A stretch of DNA of 63,500 nt, filler included, from Globobulimina sp. (lineage: Eukaryota), in NCBI GenBank assembly GCA_003354225.1. It is 47 parts of 47 records of this genome, joined end to end, with 100 filler letters (N's around TTAATTAATTAA, not from the genome) between each part and the next. Parts side by side here need not be neighbours in the genome. Positions count along the whole stretch, not along the records: positions 27,079 to 28,331 come from PIVH01020051.1; positions 28,432 to 29,684 come from PIVH01020052.1; positions 29,785 to 31,037 come from PIVH01020053.1; positions 31,138 to 32,390 come from PIVH01020054.1; positions 32,491 to 33,743 come from PIVH01020055.1; positions 33,844 to 35,096 come from PIVH01020056.1; positions 35,197 to 36,449 come from PIVH01020057.1; positions 36,550 to 37,802 come from PIVH01020058.1; 39 more parts are not named here. The stretch is one strand, 5' to 3'. The notes below the pieces were generated by a model. The model was not told the DNA's origin. It saw only the letters and a list, made by a program, of their open reading frames with translations, and did not search any database. Each line of letters begins with the position of its first letter. Position 1 is the first letter of the stretch. Made by a program: the position numbers and the translations under genes. Below, piece after piece: positions 27,079 through 37,902 of the stretch.

Positions 27079-28331
27079 AAGAGACAGTACATCGACAAGT
27101 AATATGTACCCGGTGGTGTGAATGGACAGATGTGGTATCAACAGCAAGCAGTCAGAGCGGTGAATCAGGCCATTGGCCGCGTCATAAGACACAGGTTTGA
27201 TTATGGATGCATTATTTTAGCTGATCGGAGGTTCTCATACTCAAAGAATAAAAATACTATATCTTCGTGGATCAAACCGTATATTCAAACAGTCAAAAAC
27301 TTTGGATTATTGACGCGTGATTTAAGAGTATTTTTTCAGAATACGACTGAATTCGATAAATATATGAAAAACAAATCTACTCAAAATAAAAGATCTGAAC
27401 TGTTTAATGTCCGAAAAGACTTAGAAAATATTACGAAGGTGAAAGATAAGGATGAAATCAAGGAAATGATGGATGCTCAACAATTGACCAAAAACAATAA
27501 TGTGTGTAACAGCGAGCAGAATAAATTTAAAAGACATTCAAGAAAACGTAAATACAGTGACACATTGGGCAAAATGTCAAAATATGTGTCGACGCCAATC
27601 GATACACCATCCAATTTATACAAAAAAAGGAAGAAAATGACGATTGCATATGAATTAAATGACGAATTGAATGAATATTCTTCGAAACCAACCGTGTATT
27701 GCACGCAACGCAATAATCCGAATGTTAATAATATATCATTCCATGGCAATACACCGAGTGCTGCGCAACGATTGAAACGTAAAATGCTAAAATGTAATTT
27801 CACGCAACAGACACAACACTCACCACAGACACAGACACAATATGACATCAATAAGAATCGGGCGAGGAAGCTAAGGATTGAAAATTCGCAATTGACCCAA
27901 ACGCAAACCGTTATGGATATTCATAATACGAATAAACGGAGAAAAAGTCAAAATAAAGTCTTAGAAAATGTGAAAAACGAATTAACAAAACAAGAATATA
28001 CAACATTTAAATGTGTATTAAAATTGTTAAGTTCACTTAAAAAATCACGAAATGAAAAGGAATTTGATGAGAATGTTGTCACTCCATTTCGAGCGTTATT
28101 CAGTGTTTCAAAAAGGAAATATTTGCTCAAGGATTTGCAAAGATATATTCCCAAACAATTTGTAAATTATTATAATGACAAATTAGTTCTAATCGATGGT
28201 AATGATAAAAAAGGACATTATACAATGGATGAAACGTTTATAAAATTGCGGAAAATGCAGAATAAAAATGCAGATATTTCTCAACCAATCAATAGACATA
28301 AACGACATCGAAAAAAAACAATTTCAACAAA
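27079..28331 (+). CDS. RTEL1: RTEL1-like XPD-family helicase, C-terminal part with harmonin-homology-like domain; in-frame TAA at 27100-27102
   Basis: GQMWYQQQAVRAVNQAIGRVIRHRFDYGCIILADRRF (motif VI region); LENVKNELTKQEYTTFK...LLKDLQRYIPKQF resembles the RTEL1 HHD. Confidence 0.8.
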
Positions 28332-28431
28332 NNNNNNNNNNNNNNNNNNNNNNNNNNNNNNNNNNNNNNNNNNNNTTAATTAATTAANNNNNNNNNNNNN
28401 NNNNNNNNNNNNNNNNNNNNNNNNNNNNNNN

Positions 28432-29684
28432 TTCTTATTTATTCGATGCTCCTAAAGGAAATTTTCCCAATTTTACACCTGAAACGATGTCGCAGTTGTT
28501 TGGATGGTGTTTATTTGCCATCTGGCACCAATGTCATTACCATCCATTCAAGTTCCAACATTCTTGTAGTATTGGAGGCTCTGTACACCGATCTCCCTCT
28601 CAAACTGGTTTGGACCACCCAGGGCGAGATCGACATCGAAGATCGAGCTCCTACAGTAGCAGTCATACTGTTACAACCCGAGGTTGTAGTCCTCCTTGTT
28701 CATGGGACCCTCATTACGGCAATGAACGTCGACGATTACCCCCGACTTCGGACAAACTAAAATTTCACACTTCTACAACCGCAGCTCCCAGTTTGACAGG
28801 TAGAGCGTTAGCCCAGATTTCACCCCGGCAATTACTGCCTCTTTCGATCGAAAAAAGCCATTTGGCAGACCAAAGCCGTGCCGCGACCTTCGCAGGTCGA
28901 TTACGCCCTACTGGCACATCAGGCTGGGCAAGAAAAAGAGGTTCTTCACCATCACCAACTACTGCTAAATGCCAAAAGCCATCACCAGTCAATCCACAGG
29001 ACCCCAGCGGCACATCAGGATCGTCATGGCCCTCCTTACCGAATGTCATCTAGGTCAATTGAATCAGGAGAAACTGCCGAAAAAGGTTAAATGAACAGTA
29101 GTTATTATGGACACCGAGCTCTGGCACAATGTCCGGCTGAACATCTGCCAATACCCAGAGGCCCACAATTGCCACCTCGATGCCATCTCAAGCTGTATTT
29201 GCCAAATCTATGAATTCTCCCTGAAAAGTGCAAAGTTTGCCATTCGTCGACCGCAGTGACATTTCAATCTAATTGCTGAAAGCACCCTTGCCCGAATCAA
29301 CACCTCTTTCATCATCCCATCAACCTGTGCAAAAAGGAAGTAGCTCTGAGGAAGACACCGAAGTCACAACCACTAGCGAAACCATCATGTCAACTCATAC
29401 TCTCAATGTGTCATCTCATGCATTGCTTACTGAACTATTTCGTGCTTGAAGAAATTAGAGACGAACAGTCACCATCACTAAATTGACAGAAACCATCGAA
29501 AATACCGAACCTGCCATGCAACCTAAGAACAGTTTCGGGTCGAAAACTGGAATAAAACCGGGGAAGATGTGAGAATCGCCATTCATCATACTAATTTCAT
29601 TTGTACATATTATTGCCATTTATTTCTTGTTTTATAGTGCTCATTAATTTACTTGCTGTAAATACTAATTTTCCCTCTTTGAAT
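28432..29684 (+). mobile_element. Probable 3' region of an LTR retrotransposon: degenerate accessory ORF, hairpin, PPT and start of the 3' LTR at 29568
   Basis: CAGTTTCG-GGT-CGAAAACTG hairpin, then AAAACCGGGGAAGA and TGTGAG; ORF decays into stops after 29053; segment repeated at 7644-8024. Confidence 0.5.
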
Positions 29685-29807
29685 NNNNNNNNNNNNNNNN
29701 NNNNNNNNNNNNNNNNNNNNNNNNNNNNTTAATTAATTAANNNNNNNNNNNNNNNNNNNNNNNNNNNNNNNNNNNNNNNNNNNNAAATCCTTTGCTTGTT
29801 GTGCAAA

Positions 29808-30479
29808 ATGTCTCTTCTCACCAATTTGTTATTGGCTGCAACAATATGTTTTCTATCCTTGGGAGTATCGAATTCGATGAATAAATTAGAAGAAAATAGC
29901 TGTGACTTTCCGAACGGAAATACAGAGCATAGATGTGCAATCAATGAATATTTTGTAATTGATAATAATGGCTGGCAATGTTATGGAAAGGATAGATGTG
30001 ATATAGATATTGAACTTGCTGTGTCTGGAAAATTGGAATTCGGAGTTCGGGTTCATAAAAAAGATACAACTATGATGAGAAATGTGATGGATATCGCAAA
30101 GATATATGGATCACAGCCGCAGCGACAATCAATGCAACAGATACAACCAGAAAACGAAATTAACCCAGCTGCAGAAATTAACAAAGACGGATTTCCACAG
30201 AAATTAAAAAAATATTCTAAATTTGCCATTTTGCCTGCAATTAACTGGGGTTCATGTTTTATGCAAAGAATGTTTAATGATAAAAATGCATTTGATTTAG
30301 TTGTGGATGGCAGTGAATGTGCAATAGAAACAGTTCAAAACTCTGTTTGGCTGTTTGCAGTCGGTGGTGTTAAAATTGCTGTGATGGATAAAATTAACCC
30401 AAAAACAAAATCATTTACGTACACAACAAAAGTATCATCAAATGAAGATTATTATGAATTCCAATTCTCTCAATACTAG
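29808..30479 (+). CDS. Secreted hypothetical protein (signal peptide, several Cys), intronless
   Basis: MSLLTNLLLAATICFLSLGVS signal peptide; the start of a second copy appears at 30942. Confidence 0.75.
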   Translation: MSLLTNLLLAATICFLSLGVSNSMNKLEENSCDFPNGNTEHRCAINEYFVIDNNGWQCYGKDRCDIDIELAVSGKLEFGVRVHKKDTTMMRNVMDIAKIYGSQPQRQSMQQIQPENEINPAAEINKDGFPQKLKKYSKFAILPAINWGSCFMQRMFNDKNAFDLVVDGSECAIETVQNSVWLFAVGGVKIAVMDKINPKTKSFTYTTKVSSNEDYYEFQFSQY

Positions 30480-30747
30480 TGCCACAATCCTTAACTAGTT
30501 TTCGTTTTATTTTATTTTATTTAAAATTTAATTTAATTTCATTTCTTCAAAGTAAATACTAATGAGTAACTTTCATGTACATAGCAAGTAAATGCAAACT
30601 GACAGTGTTTTCACAAACTGCTCCGTTTTTAATATACGTGAATAATGGCCATATGGATCAGTTAATTGAAGACATAGTTTCCAGAAATATAATCTGTTAG
30701 GCAAATATTTTTCAAATTAAGAATTTTACCCAATTGCTGTGTATTCC

Positions 30748-30826
30748 AATAGGCAGTTTTGCTTTATCTTAAAAATCAGTTTTTTCTATTACAAAATAGA
30801 TTTTTACGAAAGCAAAAATGCGTATT
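30748..30826 (-). mobile_element. Short palindromic MITE-like element, copy 1
   Basis: Imperfect inverted repeat AATAGGCAGTTTTGCTTTATC...CGAAAGCAAAAATGCGTATT; its reverse complement aligns to 35245-35346. Confidence 0.7.
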
Positions 30827-30918
30827 AATTTCTTTATCATTTTAAAAACTACAAAAAAACAGCTTGCTTCCTCCTCCTCCTAAAATCCCATCAAGAGAAA
30901 AAGTTAAAACACAATAAT

Positions 30919-31037
30919 AAATCCTTTGCTTGTTGTGCAAAATGTCTCTTCTCACCAATTTGTTATTGGCTGCAACAATATGTTTTCTATCCTTGGGAGT
31001 ATCGAATTCGATGAATAAATTAGAAGAAAATAGCTGT
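30919..31037 (+). repeat. 119-bp terminal direct repeat identical to contig start 29785-29903
   Basis: Direct sequence identity; unit length 1134 bp. Confidence 0.95.
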
Positions 31038-31137
31038 NNNNNNNNNNNNNNNNNNNNNNNNNNNNNNNNNNNNNNNNNNNNTTAATTAATTAANNNNNNN
31101 NNNNNNNNNNNNNNNNNNNNNNNNNNNNNNNNNNNNN

Positions 31138-32390
31138 ATCGCAAAGGATGCTCCATTAATTGCACGCTGTATTTCAGCGTCAAAAACCTGCATAAATCCG
31201 TCTCAAATCGTAGCGGATCGTTATCATAAAACAGCTTCAAATAACTCGTCAAATGCCGATGTAAAGGGATATGCATCGACAATGGATGTACGGCCACGGG
31301 ATAGTCCACAATGCGGTATTTGCCATACATTTCATCCTCAGCCACAGTGGTACCATAGCAATTTGCTAATATATTTTGATGGATATCTCCGGCCAGATAC
31401 CATGGCATAATCACTGTAGGCGGCCGCAAGAAATCGTATTCATTCATAACCATCGGTTCATCGCAGAGAATATTCTTCAATTTGGCCAGTAATAAGTCAA
31501 TAATATGCGAGCAAGCTTGAGCATCATACATCGCATTCATACCATCCACAATGTATTGATTCACTTCGCTGAGACTCATATCAAAAGCCACCGCATGTTG
31601 CCATTCTCGATCACGCGGTTTGTGCGGCTCTAACAAGGCTGCCGATAAACGTTTATGTTGCAACGCGCCGTGCAATAAACCACAAATATACCAATATTTA
31701 TCGAAGATGGCTGGAGATCGCCACATTTCCACCACACACTCACTGTGCGTTAGCATGAATTTTATATCCTGCAATACCTGGCGACCTAACTTGTCTTTGA
31801 ACGCTTTGGCTGTGACGTCCATCACAATCGAAGGTAAGCCGTTATATTCTGGTCGGTCTGTTAAATTTATTCGAATCAATGTCTCTGTTTTGCTGTATTC
31901 GTTTTCCTGTTTGCAGTTTAGAACGTTTTTAAAATATATTGTATATGCAGTGGATAATGGATACGTAACTTGTTGTTGTTGATAGCATGAAATATCATCG
32001 TCAGTGTCCCAATCATCACTGCTATCCATTCTATGCACGTGTTGGTGTCCGCTGTGTCTCTCCTTTATCATCGATGTTATATCGGTTAATTTGACGCGTT
32101 TGTGACAGTCGATGGAGAATAAAAAAATGGCAGAGTCCCATAATACGTCCATTAAATGATGATTTTGCACCAAATTATGGCATAACTCCTTTCGCGTTAA
32201 TATATGTACAGTGATTTTGTCCAACGATTTAATATCACGCAACAATGTGTCAAATGGATATATAAATTTAACACAAGTCTCAGCTTTGCTATTTAAAAAA
32301 GCCCTGCGTTTATCCCTATTTTCCATATACGTGCTCTGTGTGGTAATAGCCAGCCATATAACGCGTAGAATAGGCGCCAAATTCTGCAGA
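31138..32390 (-). CDS. UBR1/UBR2-family N-recognin E3 ligase, internal fragment
   Basis: YPVAVHPLSMHIPLHRHL and LMEHPLR match conserved UBR blocks; EWQHAVAF segment upstream. Confidence 0.75.
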
Positions 32391-32617
32391 NNNNNNNNNN
32401 NNNNNNNNNNNNNNNNNNNNNNNNNNNNNNNNNNTTAATTAATTAANNNNNNNNNNNNNNNNNNNNNNNNNNNNNNNNNNNNNNNNNNNNAATTGTCCCA
32501 AATCGCAAAATTCCGAAAGTTTCTCATAATGACGACAAAATATTGCAGTATTCCTATTCTAGTTAATTTGGATATTTTCGACTATTTCATACTTTATCAA
32601 TTCGCTGTCCGCAACAA

Positions 32618-33536
32618 TCATTTCATTATTTTCATTTTTGTTTTGTTTTCTTTATTGTTTTTGTTGTTTGCATAACAAAAATCAATTTGTTTTAGAATCC
32701 GTATTGGAATATTACTGTTTTTCTTATCATTTTGTATCCGATTCCGATTAACAAAACATTTCTTAACAATATGGGTAGCGACCTCCGTAATATTTCCAAA
32801 TGGAATATTAATTTTTTTTAACAATATATCAAAATTAACCTCAATATCTTTTAAATTGGAAACAATATAAATCGAAGCTGCAGCACATAAATATGGTGGA
32901 AATAACAAATAAATGTTTGTTTTAAATCCTTTTAATAATAATTGCCAAACAAATGATAAAATATTCAAATTATTGCAAATCATTAATAAATCACAACAGG
33001 TTTCAAACGGTAAAAATATGTTCAAATCAAATGATATGAGTTTTAAAAATAATAGTTCCGATTCAATAATATCAACTTCATTGTAATGAAAATAAAAATC
33101 AATATTTTCTTCTTTTATTTTGCGCAAAAATAATGTCACTGATCTTATATTGTAATCCTTTGATTTTGCGGATACAAATATACATAAAACGCACATTAAA
33201 CGAGGATCGTCATTAAAATTAATATTCTTATTATTATCAATATTTTTCATATATATTCTACGGAATAAAATTGAGGCATTACCAGCAATGTGGTAATCAT
33301 AACCAAATGAATGGCATACAATGAATATAAATTCTGTTAAATAATAAAATAATTCGTCGTATTCTGATAATGATAAATTCCATTTTGATGCATTTAATTC
33401 TTCTTCTTTTAATACTTCCTTCTCTCCAAATATCCATTTAATACTAATTTAATTTATGTTATTTTAATAGTTTGTCACTTTTCAAAGAAAATTAACTTAA
33501 CCAATGAGATGACTTCCAAAAATTCAAATGTGACAT
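32618..33536 (-). CDS. Cyclin C-like protein; intron 33444-33501
   Basis: Spliced N-terminus MSHLNFWKSSHC|IKWIF (cyclin C NFWxSSH), FRRIY, DPRLM...CIFVSAK, ESELLFL, LLFPPY. Confidence 0.85.
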
Positions 33537-33844
33537 TATTATTACTCCGACTACAAAGCAGTAAGTTTTCCAAAAAAAATAATTAAAACTCAAAGCTTTT
33601 ACATCTTTCATTTCTTTCCATCACAACATTCAATGTGTCTTCCATACTCAAATACAATGGATACTAAGTGCATTGTACCAATATTAGCACCAAACAATCA
33701 ACAAATTACTTTAAACACCGATTATTTGTTCCGAATGCATTATNNNNNNNNNNNNNNNNNNNNNNNNNNNNNNNNNNNNNNNNNNNNTTAATTAATTAAN
33801 NNNNNNNNNNNNNNNNNNNNNNNNNNNNNNNNNNNNNNNNNNNT

Positions 33845-34222
33845 CCTAACTCCAACAATGCTCAGTTTGGACGCCAAATCCCTCAAAGACGACAAGGTTA
33901 TCGTCAAGATTTCCGACGTGCTCCCGCTCCACAAAGAGGAAGACCCAATAACATGAACATTCCCTTAGGTCTCCGCAACAGACCCACAAACGCGAAGAAA
34001 ATGGCTGTATATAGAACAGAGAATGGTCGTTTGTTTGGAGGACCAGAATTGATAAATTACATTTGTCGCCATAATGAGAGGGGCAATTGTTACTTCGTCC
34101 AAGATCACTCAAAATGTGATTTCCATCACATGTGTCGTCATTGTTATGTAATCAATGAACATATCAGTGAGAAATGCGACAATTTAGACCGTGGTAACGT
34201 GCATGGATACGGTGCCAGATAA
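33845..34222 (+). mobile_element. Gag-like C-terminus of a DIRS/Ngaro-type retrotransposon
   Basis: R/Q/G-rich linker then C-x2-N-x2-G-x-C...C-x-F-x-H-x-C-x2-C-x5-H-x4-C (ICRHNERGNC...CDFHHMCRHCYVINEHISEKC). Confidence 0.6.
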
Positions 34223-35244
34223 ACTCATTTAATTTTATCAATGACAGTATTATTTTGTATCAATCAACAAATTTCACACTATATCGTATTTCTATTGTCT
34301 TTATATTCTATACTATTTTATGATAAATCTATCGTTGATTTTGAGCGATTAATACATTTAAATATATTATCTTTGTATTCATCTATTTGTATACTATATA
34401 ATCTCCTTAAAATTATTACAAAAATAGTGCATTTTATTTGTGTATATAATCAAGAACTTATTTTTGTATCCCCTACCTTTATTATATATTGATAAGTTTT
34501 AAATTTATATATTGATATATTATTCAAATCATTCAGAGATTCAATCAATTATTATGTGTTTCTTTCACATAAACTTCTTTACTAAGACTGTCTTACACAG
34601 TTTTTAAGTCAACCTTACATTTTATCAGGGGAACGAAGTTTGGAAACAAGGACATATATTCATATATTACATATATGTCACGTTCTCCAATATCTCTGAT
34701 GATATTTGGCATTACATCACATGATATTATTCCTCACTTATTTAAAACGTATATATTATAGTACATACACATGTGTTTCCGCGCACATATGCTGTATATC
34801 GAATATTGTAATTCATATATGGCATATTCTATCATTAGGAGACAGATCTGGTATTTGTCTGTTGTTAGTACAATACCTGGGGTATGATTCTTGCTCCATT
34901 GTCATTAGAATAATTGTTTTATTTTAATGGCGAACAAACACGAATTTGGGTATTGTTCTTTATCCATCAATGAACAGTGACATTGAAAAAACAAGAACGT
35001 TCGTGCATTTATTTTCATTTAGTTGATAAGTATAAATATTTTAAATTCTAATCACAATTAATTTACATGTATTTGCATAGAATTATCTACAAATCCNNNN
35101 NNNNNNNNNNNNNNNNNNNNNNNNNNNNNNNNNNNNNNNNTTAATTAATTAANNNNNNNNNNNNNNNNNNNNNNNNNNNNNNNNNNNNNNNNNNNNGAGT
35201 TATCCTCCAGATTTTGTCAAGACTCAAGTCCAGGGACATGAGAT

Positions 35245-35346
35245 AATAGGCATTTTTGCCTTATCGTAAAAATCTATTTTCTAAGGGAAAAAACTGATTT
35301 TTTCTGTTTAAAAACAGATTTTTACGATAAAGCAAAAATGCCTATT
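35245..35346 (+). mobile_element. Short palindromic MITE-like element, copy 2, flanked by GAGAT direct repeats
   Basis: About 36-bp TIR AATAGGCATTTTTGCCTTATCGTAAAAATCTATTTT / AAAACAGATTTTTACGATAAAGCAAAAATGCCTATT with 2 mismatches; GAGAT on both sides. Confidence 0.75.
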
Positions 35347-35705
35347 GAGATCAAAGGATTTGACGAAATGGAAAACTACAAAAGCAGGCTCTGCGAATAA
35401 GGGATGTTATTGGCCGTTTTTATGGAAGATATTTCGTGAGCATTTCCTGCCAATTTGGCCAATTTTTGGGCATAGTGGCAATGATTAACGTATTTAATTA
35501 TCTGTGGCCAATCTGCAAAAGTGCAAAAACACTTTGTATACTGTTAATTGTTTAACGTAAAGAAATGCGTTTTATAAAATTTCGGGAAATTATGGGATAT
35601 TTAATATTTCAGGATGTTTTTTTTTTTATTTCCTAGTTTTCTTGTTATTATTTTAAGGATCGGAGAACCGCTTAATTTGATAAATAAATCTTTTCGTCGT
35701 AATTA

Positions 35706-36278
35706 TTAAACAAATCTGTTCCATCCCCATAATCCAATGGCAATGCTTGAAACAATCAATGCGGTGTATCCATATGGTCTAATTTTTAAGCCATTTGGTG
35801 TTTTTTCCATGGCATAAAAATGTGTGGTCCCAATAATTAAAGGTATCATTGAATACTGAGGTGGTATATATCCAAACCTATACAACCATAGCGATGCTAA
35901 ACCACTCGAACCAAAAAACATTGCAAATCTTTTATCTCCAAAATATCGATCTAAAAATGTATATAACGAATATGAGCCATGAATTGTCAAAAGACCCAAT
36001 GAATAGTCACGAATCTGTGATGCATCGTAGCTCACAGAATAACCATTTAATTTAATAGCATTGGATAAAAATGATAAGCCTAACAAAGTTAAACCAGTCA
36101 ATGAAAATACTTTATTTATTTCATTCAATGAATATTTAACATTTTTAAATCCAAATATTTGTTTTAATGTACTAAATCGTAATGTTTTTTTTCTTTTATC
36201 ATAACATGAATAAAACACAAAATATGATACCATGCATGATGACGATAATAACAGAGCGGAAAGGTTAACATTTACCAT
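35706..36278 (-). CDS. Small multi-pass membrane protein, complete, function unknown
   Basis: 190 aa, about 6 hydrophobic helices, His residues in TM segments (IHGSYS, THFY). Confidence 0.75.
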   Translation of the reverse strand: MVNVNLSALLLSSSCMVSYFVFYSCYDKRKKTLRFSTLKQIFGFKNVKYSLNEINKVFSLTGLTLLGLSFLSNAIKLNGYSVSYDASQIRDYSLGLLTIHGSYSLYTFLDRYFGDKRFAMFFGSSGLASLWLYRFGYIPPQYSMIPLIIGTTHFYAMEKTPNGLKIRPYGYTALIVSSIAIGLWGWNRFV

Positions 36279-36549
36279 GATTCAACTTCTGTGCAAGGAT
36301 ATTAATTTTTGGGAACCAACAAAAAAAGCAATGGCTTCCCATATACGTACATTGGTCGTTGTTTTTGTTTGAATGGCAGAACTATGATAAAATTACAATT
36401 GATTTATTTACTTTCATTTCATTTCAAATCATCATCGTCATAATCATCCNNNNNNNNNNNNNNNNNNNNNNNNNNNNNNNNNNNNNNNNNNNNTTAATTA
36501 ATTAANNNNNNNNNNNNNNNNNNNNNNNNNNNNNNNNNNNNNNNNNNNN

Positions 36550-37802
36550 AGACGATACATTCAAGAAATATAATGTCAAATTAGAACGAAATGTGGAATT
36601 ATTAGATTTTAACGATGTTGGCAGTCATGTTGTGGTTAAACTATCCAATGCAGAAAATAACATCGAAGAACTTGCCGTGAAATATTTGCTTGGCTGTGAC
36701 GGCGCACATTCATTATGCAGAGAAAAGTTAGGCGTTGATTTTGAGGGTCACGATTACGAGGAAAAATTTTTAATTTGGAATGCAGTGTTAGATGATCCAA
36801 AAAAACAGTTACCAAACCCAATAGGTTTGGTAACCTCCGGCGTCGAAGGCATGTTATTTATGATTTCAATGCGCGACGGTTACTGGTACGTTGGTGCTGA
36901 TTTAGATAAAAAGCAACAAAAACAATATGAAAAGTTGCATGGTGGCAAATGGGAGGATCCAAATGACGAAGATTTAAGACGTATATTTGCAGCCCGTGGG
37001 TTGAATGGCATTACCGCCAAAAAAGAGAGCACATTATGGACCTCAACGTGTCGAGTGGTGTCGTCAAAGCAAGTCAGTGAGTATTCGAAAGGACGGGTAT
37101 ATTTAGCAGGCGATGCCTGTCATGTTCACTCACCTTTATTGGGCGAAGGGATGAATATGGGACTGCAGGACGCGTACAATTTGTCATGGAAGTTAGCATT
37201 TGTTATCAACAAGAAATGCAGTGTACCTTTGTTGGAAACTTATCATAGCGAACGGCATGCAGTGGATCATGAGTTGATAAATTTGGTTGGTAATGTTCAG
37301 ATGATGTCCGCTTTGCGGAATGCCTTTATTCTGAAAGTGATGAAAACAGTGCAGAAAGTTGTGGATAAAATACAAGTTATGTTTGAGAAACAGACTCAAA
37401 TCAATGAGATGTTTGCGCAGCTCTCGCATTCGTATAAAAATCATTCCAGTCTCTCGTTTGAATATTGGTGCAGACCTTCGTTTGTTAGGCATTTAGCACA
37501 GCGAATGTCGCAAAATGTGACAAGGTTGGCCTGGTTGGGGCTAATAAGAAAGAGGTTGTATTCAGGGGACAGGTGTCCAAATTTTATGATTGCAGAGGAG
37601 GATGATGGAGAGTATGGTGGTTGCGATGTGTATCAATTGTTGCGGGATACGAGTAGAAAATCATTTGTTTTATTATTGTTTGAAGGTGATCGGGAAAAGA
37701 ATGCACACACAGATGTTGATGGGAATCAATATAAAAAACCTAAGGAAGGAACGGATTGTGGCAAATCTTGCAAAATTGTGACCATGTGCGGAAACAATAT
37801 GG
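36550..37802 (+). CDS. FAD-dependent aromatic-ring monooxygenase (FAD_binding_3, PheA/TfdB-like), partial
   Basis: YLLGCDGAHS, GRVYLAGDACHVHSPLLGEGMNMGLQDAYNLSWKLA, LLETYHSERH, GDRCPN. Confidence 0.95.
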
Positions 37803-37902
37803 NNNNNNNNNNNNNNNNNNNNNNNNNNNNNNNNNNNNNNNNNNNNTTAATTAATTAANNNNNNNNNNNNNNNNNNNNNNNNNNNNNNNNNNNNNNNNNN
37901 NN

